A stretch of DNA of 63,243 nt, filler included, from 6 parts of 6 records of this genome joined end to end with filler, not necessarily neighbours in it, one strand, 5' to 3'; positions 21,941 through 32,363 are shown, counted from the first letter of the whole stretch. Notes: generated by a model from the letters alone, not told the origin. A program made the numbers and translations.

Positions 21941-22330
21941 ATGAGCTTAAAAGACTTTAAAACCCGAATAAAAATCAAGGCAGAAGCTGAAGATATTTAT
22001 GCTGCTTTAACCAACCCTTTTACCATAGAACTTTGGTCGGGATATAAAGCTGTAATGAGTACAGAAGCTGGCTCTGAGTTTTCGTTGTGGGATGGTGATA
22101 TTGTAGGTGAAAACCTGGAGTTCGAAGAAAATAAAAAAGTAATTCAACAATGGTATTTTGGAGAGCAAGCCGAAGCATCAATTGTTACTATTAAAATTTT
22201 TGAGGATAAAAATAATTGCCAGGTAGAGTTGGTGCATACTAATATTCCAGAAAGTGACTTTGATGATATTTGCGAAGGATGGACAGAATATTACCTGGGT
22301 GCGATTAAAGAATTTTTTGAACAAGACTAG
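21941..22330 (+). CDS. SRPBCC/AHSA1 domain protein
   Basis: IYAALT, WDGDI.G, VELVH, GW..YY pattern; TAACTTTG -7 element at 21904-21911. Confidence 0.85.
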   Translation: MSLKDFKTRIKIKAEAEDIYAALTNPFTIELWSGYKAVMSTEAGSEFSLWDGDIVGENLEFEENKKVIQQWYFGEQAEASIVTIKIFEDKNNCQVELVHTNIPESDFDDICEGWTEYYLGAIKEFFEQD

Positions 22331-22398
22331 CTGTTTACTATTGACTTACGCAAAGATTTTTGTTAATATAGATATGGTGTTTACCAAAACCTGTATTA

Positions 22399-24438
22399 AT
22401 GAAAATCTTAAACTATAGTGCCTATCCGTTCTTCCGATTACTAATTCCACTTCTTTTAGGAAGGGTTTCTTCTTTATTTATTACTCCCGACTTATTGGGA
22501 TATGGGATCACATCTCTTATTGTCATTGCATCTTTAGTTTTAATTTTTTATTTAAAGGGTATTCCTTATTCAAAACGTTGGTGGTTAGGTCTATTTGTTT
22601 TTGTAGCTGTCTTTATGCTGGGTCTTTTAAATAAACCTAATTATTACTTTTCAGAAGAGGCTTACAATGATGAAATAGTATATAAATCCATTGTTAAGTC
22701 TGTTGTAAAAGACACCGATCAAAAACAAACCCTTCTTTTTGAATCTTACACGAAATCGGGTGATCAAACACTATTTTTTAAGACACTGGCCTATATTCAA
22801 AAGGATAGTTTACAACAAGTTTACACACCTGGAGATGCATTGTGGTTTAAATCCAGCTTAAAACCGTTTACTTACACTCACAACCCTTATGCATTTGAAT
22901 ATGCCGATTATATGTATTTTCAGGATGTTAAAGGGCAGTTCTTTATAAAATACCAGGAATTAATTAAGGAAGGAATAGAATGGAACTGGATAAGGCCCTT
23001 TTATGTTTTTCGACAACAGTCTGAGTTGAAATTAAAGAAACTACCTTTAAACAAAGAGGAATATGCTATTGTAACAGCGCTTTTGCTTGGCGATAAAAGC
23101 AAACTTGACTACCAAACAAAAGCTAACTTTTCTGGAGCTGGAGCTATCCATATTCTTTCGGTTTCAGGATTGCATGTCGGAATTATATTTCTCTTGCTAA
23201 GCAGTTTGTTTGGTAAAATGAAAAGAGGTTTATCAGGCTTGCTTAAATGTTCAGCAATCATCCTTATTTTATGGACTTATGCGGCTGTAGCAGGGATGGC
23301 ACCTTCTGTTTTTAGAGCCACCATTATGTTTACGGTATTTTTAATTTCAAGAGTAATTAATCATCAGTACAAAATATATCATTCGCTTGTTATTGCTGCG
23401 TTTGTAATATTAATCATTGATCCCTATTCGTTTTTTAATGCCGGATTTTGGTTAAGCTTTAGTGCGGTGGCTTCCATTGTATATTTTTATCCTCAAATAA
23501 ATAGTTGGTTTTACTTTAGTTCTCCTTGGGGTAAGTTCATTTGGGCTCTGGTTTCGGTTTCACTCTCAGTTCAAATTGGCACTTTACCATTGGGCTTGTA
23601 TTTATTCCGATTCTTTCCAACCTGGTTTATCTTGTCAAATATTTTAATTGTACCGGTTTTACCCTTTGTTTTATTCGGTGCTTTAGTAATTATATTAAAT
23701 CCGGAAATACCTTTTATCTTCAAAATAGTAGCAGAACCTTTATCGAGTCTCATATTTTATATCAATGAAGTAACTACATGGATTAGTCATTTACCATGGG
23801 CCAGATTTACTGCCATACAACTGGAATTTTACCAGCTTTTTATATTGTACCTGGCTTTGTTCATGTTTGTGTATTGGCAACTCAGTAAAAGAGGTAAATA
23901 TTTATTCAACTTTCTTGCGTTGATGTCTTTGGCAATTATTGCTGTTTCGTTGGAGACCTATAAAAAGTATAATCAAACTATTTTTACGGTTCATCAAATT
24001 AAAAATGCGAGTACAATAAGTTTTGTGCAAAAGGAGAGAAGTATATTTTGGTTTAATGATTCTATTGAAACTAAAGCATTTGATTATGCCATTGAGCCAC
24101 TTTTTTTACAACAAGAAACAAACTCGGTTATCGTTAATAGTATGGATGAAGTACATATAATAGGACTTCAAATCGGAGATTATAAGGTGCTCATTTTAAA
24201 TGGAAAAGTTGACAATGAAGACTTTTTTAATGAGGTTGATATAGCTGTTTTAACAAATAAAGTACCGCGAAAATATATTGAATCTTTAATTAATTCTAAG
24301 CTCAAAGTTCAATTGGTTTTTGATTCCTCCTTTTCTAGAAATCGTTCTCTCTATTGGCAGAAGAGAGCTAAAAAAGATCAGGAATCTATTTGTTTTGTAG
24401 CCTTACAAGGCGCCTTTTCAATTCATAAAACTTTATGA
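22399..24438 (+). CDS. comEC: ComEC/Rec2 DNA-uptake membrane protein
   Basis: HILSVSGLHVG, PSVFRA, GFWLSF motifs; many TM segments. Confidence 0.92.
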   Translation: MKILNYSAYPFFRLLIPLLLGRVSSLFITPDLLGYGITSLIVIASLVLIFYLKGIPYSKRWWLGLFVFVAVFMLGLLNKPNYYFSEEAYNDEIVYKSIVKSVVKDTDQKQTLLFESYTKSGDQTLFFKTLAYIQKDSLQQVYTPGDALWFKSSLKPFTYTHNPYAFEYADYMYFQDVKGQFFIKYQELIKEGIEWNWIRPFYVFRQQSELKLKKLPLNKEEYAIVTALLLGDKSKLDYQTKANFSGAGAIHILSVSGLHVGIIFLLLSSLFGKMKRGLSGLLKCSAIILILWTYAAVAGMAPSVFRATIMFTVFLISRVINHQYKIYHSLVIAAFVILIIDPYSFFNAGFWLSFSAVASIVYFYPQINSWFYFSSPWGKFIWALVSVSLSVQIGTLPLGLYLFRFFPTWFILSNILIVPVLPFVLFGALVIILNPEIPFIFKIVAEPLSSLIFYINEVTTWISHLPWARFTAIQLEFYQLFILYLALFMFVYWQLSKRGKYLFNFLALMSLAIIAVSLETYKKYNQTIFTVHQIKNASTISFVQKERSIFWFNDSIETKAFDYAIEPLFLQQETNSVIVNSMDEVHIIGLQIGDYKVLILNGKVDNEDFFNEVDIAVLTNKVPRKYIESLINSKLKVQLVFDSSFSRNRSLYWQKRAKKDQESICFVALQGAFSIHKTL

Positions 24439-24675
24439 CATTAATGATATTTCAATGTTCTATTATTAGAAGTTTAGAATACAGAATAGGTAATGCATCC
24501 TCCGAAATATTAAAACTATTTTTGCCGTGAAATGTTAAGCTATTGGTATACCGTGGTTTAATACCTTAGTGTAAATTATTAAAAATACCTTATAATTTTT
24601 AGGGATTATCTTATAAATTTGCTCCGGTTTTCCGAGTACGCATAAGCGTGTTCTATTTAAAATAAATATTAGGCG

Positions 24676-26016
24676 ATGAGAATTATTATTGCAGGTGCAG
24701 GAGAAGTAGGTACTCATGTGGCAAAAATGATGTGTCATGCAAATCATGATGTTATTCTAATTGATGATAGCGAAGAACGTTTAAGGCAAATTGATTCGCA
24801 TTACGATTTAATGACGATTGTTGGATCGGTTTCTTCCATAGATGATTTACGAAGAGCTAATGTGTCAGCGTGTGATTTGTTTATTGCAGTTCCTCCTTAT
24901 GAAGAACTTAGTTTAATGTCGGCTATTTTGGCTAAAAAATTAGGAGCCAAGGTGACCATCGCCCGAATTAATAACTACGAATATTTATTGCCTGAGAACA
25001 AGGAATTCTTCAAACAACTAGGAATTGATGAGTTAATTTACCCTGAGCAACTGGCTTCTAAGGAAATTATAGCCTCCTTAAAGAGAGTCGGTATTCGCCA
25101 GCAAATTGATTTTTCAGAAGGAAAGCTAATTTTGTACGCCATCAAGATTCGGGATAATGCACCAATCGTTAATAAAACACTTGCAGAGGTGGGTACAATG
25201 CATTCCAATAAGTTGTATAATACAGTCGCCATTAACAGAGATGGTGTTACCATTATTCCTCGTGGAAACGAAACCTTTAAGCATAATGATTTAGCCTATA
25301 TACTAACTACTCCTGAAGGTACGCAGCAGGTAATGGCGGATGCAGGTAAAGAGCATTTTGATGTGAAAAATGTGATGATTCTGGGAGGTAGCCGTATAGG
25401 TAAAAAAGTAGCGCAGCGTTTAGAAGATGAATATAACGTGAAGCTTATTGAAATTGACAGGGAAAGAAGTACGAAGCTGGCAGATACTCTGGAGCATACA
25501 CTCGTAATAAACGGGGATGGTCGTAACCTTGAGCTTTTAAAAGACGAAGGTATTAAGAAGATGGATGCTTTTGTAGCTGTTACAGCTAACTCCGAAGTAA
25601 ATATATTAGCCTGTCAGCTGGCTAAAAAGATGGGTGTTAAAAAGACCGTGGCTGAGGTGGAAAATATGGATTATATTGACCTGGCTGAAAATATAGGAAT
25701 TGGTACACTGATTAATAAAAAGCTGATTGCAGCAAGTTATATTTACAGATATACTGTAAAAGCAAGAGTTTCTCACGTAAAATGTTTAACAGCCTCAGAA
25801 GCGGAAGTATTAGAGTTAGTGGCAGGTCCAGGTTCAAAAATTACCAAAGATCGCTTGAGCGAACTTAAGCTTCCTAAGGATGTAAATGTGGGGGGGATTA
25901 TTAGAAATGGTAGTGCCATTGTTGCAACCGGAAATACGCAGATTATTCCAAACGATAAGGTGGTGGTTTTTGCCATGCCTTCCGGTATTAGAAAAATAGA
26001 AAAGATGTTTCTTTAA
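24676..26016 (+). CDS. trkA: Trk K+ uptake NAD-binding subunit
   Basis: Two RCK domains (GAGEVG, GGSRIG). Confidence 0.95.
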   Translation: MRIIIAGAGEVGTHVAKMMCHANHDVILIDDSEERLRQIDSHYDLMTIVGSVSSIDDLRRANVSACDLFIAVPPYEELSLMSAILAKKLGAKVTIARINNYEYLLPENKEFFKQLGIDELIYPEQLASKEIIASLKRVGIRQQIDFSEGKLILYAIKIRDNAPIVNKTLAEVGTMHSNKLYNTVAINRDGVTIIPRGNETFKHNDLAYILTTPEGTQQVMADAGKEHFDVKNVMILGGSRIGKKVAQRLEDEYNVKLIEIDRERSTKLADTLEHTLVINGDGRNLELLKDEGIKKMDAFVAVTANSEVNILACQLAKKMGVKKTVAEVENMDYIDLAENIGIGTLINKKLIAASYIYRYTVKARVSHVKCLTASEAEVLELVAGPGSKITKDRLSELKLPKDVNVGGIIRNGSAIVATGNTQIIPNDKVVVFAMPSGIRKIEKMFL

Positions 26017-26063
26017 TAGGTCAGAAGCAGACCTAGAATACACATAGAAAAAACAAAACCAGT

Positions 26064-27515
26064 ATGCTGAATTTTCGAATAGTCCTTTTGGTAATGGGAC
26101 TTCTTTTGCTAGTTGAAGGAGCATTTATGTTGTTATCGTCAGTAGTGGCTGCTATTTATGGTGAATATGATTTGCCTTATTTTCTATGGTCTTCGTTGAT
26201 ATGTATTGTTATTGGGGCAGTTCTTTGGCTATCTAATTATAAAGCAGAAAAAAATATTGGAAAGCGTGAGGGATATATCATTGTGTCGATGGTATGGATT
26301 GTGTTTTCCTTTTTTGGTTTGTTACCCTTTTATTTAAGTGGAGCTATACCGTCATTTACCGATGCCTTTTTTGAGACCATGTCTGGTTTTACCACCACAG
26401 GATCGTCGATTTTAAATGATATTGAAGCTTTACCTCATGGTATTTTGTTTTGGCGAAGTATCATCCAGTGGCTTGGAGGTATGGGTATTATTGTACTTTC
26501 TTTAGCTATTTTGCCTTTATTGGGAGTAGGTGGTATGCAGTTATTTGTTGCAGAAGTTCCCGGTCCGGTGCCGGATAAACTAAGTCCTCGTATTGCTGAT
26601 ACAGCCAAACGTTTATGGGTAATTTATGTGTTATATACAATTATTGAAACCATATTGCTTTGGATAGGAGGTATGACCTTTTTTGATGCTATTTGTCATT
26701 CGTTTACCACGATGGCAACGGGAGGGTATTCAACCAAACAAGCCAGTGTTGCTTTTTGGGATTCGGCCTATATACAATATGTTATTATTATTTTTATGTT
26801 TATTGCCGGAGCTAATTTTACCTTATCATATACCGCATTGCATGGTAAGTTCAGAAGGGCAATAAAGGACGAAGAATTTAAATATTACTTTGGGTTTGTA
26901 ATGGTGGTATCTGTTTTTGTGGCCATCATGTTATATATAAAAGGGGATGTGCCGGATGTAGAACAGGCTTTCAGAGATTCTTTATTTCAGGTGGTATCGT
27001 TGATTACCACTACCGGATATGCCACGGCCGATTACCTGGTTTGGTTTCCTACCTTAAGTATTATCATGTTTATGTTAATGTTTATTGGAGGAAGTGCGGG
27101 TTCTACTGGTGGTGGGATAAAAGTAGTGCGTATTGTTATCTTGCTAAAGAATGCCTATTTCGAACTCAAGCGTTTAATTCACCCGAATGCTGTTATTCCT
27201 GTACGTTTTAATTCTAAAGCCGTATCGTCATCAGTAATTACCAATGTGCTGGCATTTATTGTTATTTATATGCTTGTGGTTGGGGTTAGTATGATTATAA
27301 TGTCGTTTATGGGCTATAATTTAGATACTTCTATTGGAGCAGTTGCTACATGTATTGGGAATATTGGTCCTGGTTTAGGAGAGGTGGGGCCGGCAGTTAA
27401 TTTTGCGCATATACCCGATTTTGGAAAGTGGTTCTTAAGCTTTTTAATGCTAATGGGTCGTCTGGAAATCTTTACAGTGGTACTGTTATTTTCTCCTTAT
27501 TTCTGGAAGAATTAA
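26064..27515 (+). CDS. trkH: Trk K+ uptake membrane subunit
   Basis: SGFTTTGS, ATGGY, TTTGY, GSTGGG, GNIGPG, GRLE. Confidence 0.95.
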   Translation: MLNFRIVLLVMGLLLLVEGAFMLLSSVVAAIYGEYDLPYFLWSSLICIVIGAVLWLSNYKAEKNIGKREGYIIVSMVWIVFSFFGLLPFYLSGAIPSFTDAFFETMSGFTTTGSSILNDIEALPHGILFWRSIIQWLGGMGIIVLSLAILPLLGVGGMQLFVAEVPGPVPDKLSPRIADTAKRLWVIYVLYTIIETILLWIGGMTFFDAICHSFTTMATGGYSTKQASVAFWDSAYIQYVIIIFMFIAGANFTLSYTALHGKFRRAIKDEEFKYYFGFVMVVSVFVAIMLYIKGDVPDVEQAFRDSLFQVVSLITTTGYATADYLVWFPTLSIIMFMLMFIGGSAGSTGGGIKVVRIVILLKNAYFELKRLIHPNAVIPVRFNSKAVSSSVITNVLAFIVIYMLVVGVSMIIMSFMGYNLDTSIGAVATCIGNIGPGLGEVGPAVNFAHIPDFGKWFLSFLMLMGRLEIFTVVLLFSPYFWKN

Positions 27516-27598
27516 TCAGTAAACAGTTAAGAATAAATCAGTCGATAACTATTGACTAATTGACCAATCAACAGTTCAACCAATCAACCATTGACTAA
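27514..27598. repeat. Short degenerate 8-bp tandem repeats with hairpin between convergent genes
   Basis: attgacta/attgacca/atcaacag/ttcaacca/atcaacca/ttgactaa; atcagtcgata pairs with tattgactaat. Confidence 0.55.
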
Positions 27599-28209
27599 TA
27601 TTCTATTTCACCTTTTCCTTCTCTGATTATTTCCAGTTCGTCGTTGGTGCAGTCAATAACGGTAGAGGCCACATTGCCACCATAACCACCATCAATAACT
27701 ATATCTACAAGCTTATTGTACTTTTCGTAAATCAATTCCGGATCTGTGGTGTACTCCAGTATTTCATCTTCATCGACTACCGATGTGCTTAAAATAGGAT
27801 GCCCCAGTTCCTTAATGAGTTCTCTGATGATATTATTATCGGGAACACGTATTCCAACTGTCTTTTTATTGTTTTTAAATAGCTTCGGAACGTTTGAATT
27901 GGCTTTTAAAATAAAGGTGAAAGGACCAGGTAAATTTTTCTTCATCACCTTAAAAATACTGTTGTTGATGGCTTTAGTATACTCCGATATCTGGCTTAAA
28001 TCGTAACAAATAAACGAAAGATGATCCTTTTTTAAGTTTATGTTTTTAATTCGCGCAATAGCTTCGACGGCTTTACTATTATTAATATCGCAGCCAATTC
28101 CGTAAACGGTATCGGTAGGATAAATAACAATAGCTCCTTTTCTAAGCTCCTCAACAACCTGGCGAATATCGCGAGGATTCGGATTTTCTTCGTAAATCTT
28201 TATTAGCAT
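27595..28209 (-). CDS. Sua5/YciO/YrdC-family threonylcarbamoyl-AMP synthase-like protein
   Basis: YPTDTVYGIGC, PGPFT, VGIRVP, ILSTS, STVID. Confidence 0.9.
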   Translation of the reverse strand: MLIKIYEENPNPRDIRQVVEELRKGAIVIYPTDTVYGIGCDINNSKAVEAIARIKNINLKKDHLSFICYDLSQISEYTKAINNSIFKVMKKNLPGPFTFILKANSNVPKLFKNNKKTVGIRVPDNNIIRELIKELGHPILSTSVVDEDEILEYTTDPELIYEKYNKLVDIVIDGGYGGNVASTVIDCTNDELEIIREGKGEIEY

Positions 28210-28309
28210 ATTCTGAGTTTTCTGCGAAAATAAGTTATTCGCATGGATTTCAAGGTCATTACACTTAATCTACGGTAAATAAGTTATAAAAGCATCATCC
28301 TAAGTGTAT

Positions 28310-28735
28310 TTTAATAGTCGCCTATATATATTATTTATAAAATATCTATTTGAATTCGAATAAAATATTTACTTGAAAATTAAATAGTATGATATTTTAT
28401 TGAATTATAAATTGAGTAGCTATAAAAATCATTTCATTATTAATATAATAATATATAACTATAAGAAAACAAATACCTAAATAAAGAAAGGAATGATACA
28501 AATGAAAATAAGAAAGAATAATATAAAAAAAAGAAAAGATATAATATAGATAAGAAAGATAGATTAAAAATATAGATACATATTATTAATATATATCAAG
28601 AATAAATCAAAATATAGATAGGAGTATTAAAAATATAGATATATGAAAATATGAATAATATATATAGTTGAAAAAAAAATAATTAGGATACTTCTTTATT
28701 AGAGCCTACTCTTTATACGTATTATTGTTAAGTAG
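28310..28735. other. Extremely AT-rich non-coding region with repeated AAAATATAGATA
   Basis: No ORF; copies at 28567, 28609, 28630 and a partial copy at 28541. Confidence 0.7.
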
Positions 28736-28835
28736 NNNNNNNNNNNNNNNNNNNNNNNNNNNNNNNNNNNNNNNNNNNNTTAATTAATTAANNNNNNNNN
28801 NNNNNNNNNNNNNNNNNNNNNNNNNNNNNNNNNNN
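28736..28835. other. Artificial contig linker
   Basis: 44 N + TTAATTAATTAA + 44 N. Confidence 0.99.
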
Positions 28836-29534
28836 AAACTTAAAACCGGACAATTAGAAGACTGGGAATGGGAACACCTTAACCGAAAAATTTCTAATCT
28901 CGACAAAGCTCCCATTTTTATCGACGATACACCGGCACTTTCAATTTTCGAATTTCGGGCAAAATGCCGCCGCTTAAAAATGCAGCACGATGTTCAGGCA
29001 ATTATTGTAGATTACCTTCAGTTAATGACCGCCGGAACCGATACCCGGGGCAGCCGCGAGCAGGAAGTGAGTCAAATCTCACGTTCACTAAAAGCCATTG
29101 CAAAAGAATTAGATGTTCCAATTATGGCACTTTCTCAGTTAAATCGTTCTGTTGAATCGCGCGAAGGGAAACGACCACAACTTTCTGACCTCCGTGAATC
29201 GGGAGCGATTGAACAGGATGCTGATATTGTAACATTTATTCACCGGCCTGAATATTTTGGTATTACCGAAGATGAATCGGGAAACTCTTTGCTTGGTGTT
29301 GCCGAACTTATTATTGCGAAACACAGAAACGGTGCTACCGGCGATGTTCATTTAGCATTTAAAAAAGAACTGGCCAAATTCTCCGATATTGAAACGAATT
29401 TTGGAGAAGGTTACGACAGTGGGCAAACTTTTAGTTCAAAAATGAATGAAGACACAGACTCTCACGGGGTTGGAATATCTTCAAATAGTGGCTTCGATCA
29501 GCAAAATACGTCTACATCAGACACACCTTTTTAA
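28836..29534 (+). CDS. dnaB: Replicative DNA helicase, 3' part (5'-truncated by contig edge)
   Basis: Frame open from 28836 (..IFIDDTPALS..); IVDYLQL, LSQLNR, RPQLSDLRESGAIEQDAD, AKHRNG. Confidence 0.96.
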   Translation, partial: KLKTGQLEDWEWEHLNRKISNLDKAPIFIDDTPALSIFEFRAKCRRLKMQHDVQAIIVDYLQLMTAGTDTRGSREQEVSQISRSLKAIAKELDVPIMALSQLNRSVESREGKRPQLSDLRESGAIEQDADIVTFIHRPEYFGITEDESGNSLLGVAELIIAKHRNGATGDVHLAFKKELAKFSDIETNFGEGYDSGQTFSSKMNEDTDSHGVGISSNSGFDQQNTSTSDTPF

Positions 29535-29576
29535 ACAATGAACTTATTTTAAGTTGAAACGTATTTATTTCAGAAA

Positions 29577-30848
29577 ATGAATTTTAATATGAAAATAAAA
29601 TATACACTTCTGATAGTACTGTTGTTCTTTTCTATTCATGCAAAAAGTATTTACCTGTTGGTACCAATGGATGAAAGCCAGAAAAATCATCTCAAATCAT
29701 ACGGACTTGCATATTGGGCACTTGAACAAGACATTGAAGTTAAATGGTTGCTCAATTACCAGGGCGGCAGTTTTCTCATGCAACATTTTCCTCAAATTGA
29801 AAATGAGTGTGTTATTCGGGGAATAAGTTACCGGTCGATTACCGATGCTCAGGCATCTGCTATTTTAAATGAAATAGCCCAACCCGATATTAATCAGGAT
29901 GCTGTTAGCATGAATAAAGCCCCTAAAATTGCCGTTTATTCACCGCCCAATAAACAACCATGGGACGATGCAGTAACTTTAGTCTTAACCTACGCCGAAA
30001 TTAATTATGATATCATTTACGATGAAGAAATTCTAAACGGAGAACTTTCAGAATATGATTGGCTGCATTTACATCATGAAGATTTTACCGGTCAGTTTGG
30101 AAAATTCTGGAGAACATACCAACACATGCCTTGGTACCTTGAAGAGGTAAAAATAAACAACGAATTAGCTAAATCTTTGGGCTTTTTAAAAGTTTCGGAG
30201 ATGAAGTCGTTTGTTACCCGGGAAATACAAAATTACGTTTTAAACGGAGGCTTTCTGTTTGCCATGTGTGCCGCCACCGATTCGTACGATATTTCGCTTG
30301 CGGCTGCTGGAATTGATATTTGTGAACCCATGTTTGACGGTGATCCTGCCGACAAACAAGCTGATGAGAAATTAAACTTTTCCAACACTTTTGCATTTGA
30401 AAATTTTCATTTGGAAAAAAGCCCTTACGTATACGAATTCTCAGATATTGATGCAACCGACAGTAGAAAAGTGGCACGTGAAAATGATTATTTTACTTTG
30501 TTTGATTTTTCGGCAAAATGGGATCCAATTCCTACAATGCTTTGCCAGAACCATAATAATATGATTAAAGGTTTTATGGGTCAAACAACGGCATACCGTA
30601 AAGAAGTTTTAAAACCTAACATATTAATTCTTGGAGAAAATAAGCCCGCTGGAGAAGCTCGTTATATTCATGGGGAAAAAGGAAAAGGATTCTGGACATT
30701 TTACGGAGGTCATGATCCGGAAGATTACAGGCATTTAATTGGCGACCCGCCAACCGATTTAAACCTGCACCCCAATTCTCCCGGTTATCGGTTAATACTA
30801 AATAATATTCTATTTCCGGCAGCTAAGAAGAAAAAAAGGAAAACGTAA
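29577..30848 (+). CDS. Conserved exported Bacteroidota protein with class I glutamine-amidotransferase-like fold
   Basis: Signal peptide (start possibly 29589); DWLHLHHEDF, GGFLFAMC, GGHDPE. Confidence 0.7.
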   Translation: MNFNMKIKYTLLIVLLFFSIHAKSIYLLVPMDESQKNHLKSYGLAYWALEQDIEVKWLLNYQGGSFLMQHFPQIENECVIRGISYRSITDAQASAILNEIAQPDINQDAVSMNKAPKIAVYSPPNKQPWDDAVTLVLTYAEINYDIIYDEEILNGELSEYDWLHLHHEDFTGQFGKFWRTYQHMPWYLEEVKINNELAKSLGFLKVSEMKSFVTREIQNYVLNGGFLFAMCAATDSYDISLAAAGIDICEPMFDGDPADKQADEKLNFSNTFAFENFHLEKSPYVYEFSDIDATDSRKVARENDYFTLFDFSAKWDPIPTMLCQNHNNMIKGFMGQTTAYRKEVLKPNILILGENKPAGEARYIHGEKGKGFWTFYGGHDPEDYRHLIGDPPTDLNLHPNSPGYRLILNNILFPAAKKKKRKT

Positions 30849-30987
30849 TAAAAACTATTTTTCAGAAAGTTACTCTTCTCTAATAATTAATGAGTACTAT
30901 CAAATAAATTGAGTAAGAGGGAAATATTGAGAATTGTGATCTCTGGTATTTTTATATTCCACCCCGGAAACCGGAATTAACATGCTA

Positions 30988-31197
30988 CCCTATCGAATAA
31001 TCATTCAGCATTATCGAATCATAGATATTACCTAAGAAATCATTCCTGTTCCATAAGGAATATCTATTACTCCATAAGGAATTGTTCTTCGGCTCAATGG
31101 AATACCTATTCTGCACTTTGTTATTGTTCTCCGGCAACAAGTAATATTGCTGCTGCACAATGGAAGAATTCCTCTGCCCTAAGGGAAAAGTTCTGTT
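30988..31197. repeat. Degenerate tandem array with 21-bp period (10 units)
   Basis: ccctatcgaataatcattcag / cattatcgaatcatagatatt / acctaagaaatcattcctgtt / ccataaggaatatctattact / ccataaggaattgttcttcgg / ctcaatggaatacctattctg / cactttgttattgttctccgg / caacaagtaatattgctgctg / cacaatggaagaattcctctg / ccctaagggaaaagttctgtt. Confidence 0.8.
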
Positions 31198-31291
31198 CTT
31201 AACAGTCAAAACTGTCTAAAAGGCCTATAAATAGAAGTATACAAAAGTAATTTATTGATTTTGTTTCTGCACTGGCATAATAATAATAAAC

Positions 31292-31323
31292 AAAAAATCC
31301 CCTCCTGTAAAACAGGAAGGGAT
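31292..31323 (-). terminator. Intrinsic terminator of the susCD unit
   Basis: ATCCCCTCCTGT-AAA-ACAGGAAGGGAT stem with an A run on the left (U tract on minus strand). Confidence 0.75.
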
Positions 31324-31383
31324 GATTATTTTTAAATAATTGCTTCAAACAAACATATTTTTGTTTAAACCAATAATTGCATT

Positions 31384-32340
31384 TTAGTCATTTCTGGTAA
31401 AAGTCCAGTCAAAATTCCCCCAGCCAGCTTGTCCACTACCCGGGCCTCCAAAAAAGATACCAATATAAGTATTCATTGTATAAGAACCATCGCAAGTGTT
31501 GTATGTTGCAGCATTCGGTTCATAATGAAAATCGGGATACGTAAATCCCCAGGGAGTTGTATTTGGTGCTAAAATTGTCCATCCCGGAGCCGGAGTTGCT
31601 AGATAGGTTACGGGATCAATGTTAATTTCAATTCCATTACCATTATCCTCAAGTCCATCAAGTGCTGCAAGGCCATATATAAATACTTTATATGGATCAT
31701 TAGGATCAGCTTCAATAGTAACATCACCATAGGTTCCCCAACCATCAGAAGCTGCATAATAACTTCCTACCATCAATTCTGGTCTTAATTCACAAGGCAC
31801 AGGAATTCTAACATCGGCTGCATTTAAACCGGTAAAAGCGTTAAGATTCTGATATACACTTGCACTGGTTGTTCCATAAGCTCTACCATCCAACATCTGA
31901 TAAGGAGGATATTCCATACCACCAATTGTTGGTATTACATAAACGTGAAATGCATCGCCTGCTTCCAAATCATCGATGGAGTTTAGTGAGCTAAGCGCAT
32001 CAATCATATCTAATGTAGTTACGGTTATATCATATGGCACTGCAACAATATTGTCTTCTATTGTACCAATCTCATCGTAAGCTCCATTAAATGCAACAAC
32101 AATTCTCAGTTTATCAAAAGGTACTTCTTCTTTAAATAGTACATCTACTGTTCCTGTGAATGAGTACTCTGCAGGTTTAGAAAGATTAATGAATGGATCA
32201 GACTCATCTGCATCAAATTCTATGTATGGAAAAGATGTTTCCACCATATCATTAGGCATTTCGCCGTTCTCATCAAAATCGCAGCTGAAAGTAAACAGCA
32301 CAATTGCGAAAATTGAGATATATTTTAATATTAATTTCAT
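31384..32340 (-). CDS. Surface lipoprotein downstream of susD (SusE/F-positioned)
   Basis: Lipobox TFSC followed by acidic residues; co-oriented after susD. Confidence 0.75.
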   Translation of the reverse strand: MKLILKYISIFAIVLFTFSCDFDENGEMPNDMVETSFPYIEFDADESDPFINLSKPAEYSFTGTVDVLFKEEVPFDKLRIVVAFNGAYDEIGTIEDNIVAVPYDITVTTLDMIDALSSLNSIDDLEAGDAFHVYVIPTIGGMEYPPYQMLDGRAYGTTSASVYQNLNAFTGLNAADVRIPVPCELRPELMVGSYYAASDGWGTYGDVTIEADPNDPYKVFIYGLAALDGLEDNGNGIEINIDPVTYLATPAPGWTILAPNTTPWGFTYPDFHYEPNAATYNTCDGSYTMNTYIGIFFGGPGSGQAGWGNFDWTFTRND

Positions 32341-32363
32341 ATTTATATTTTTTAGATTTATTA

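Noticed and set aside
28836-29534. dnaB as a pseudogene or intein host
   Set aside because: Truncation coincides with the contig edge and the visible frame is intact with no insertion
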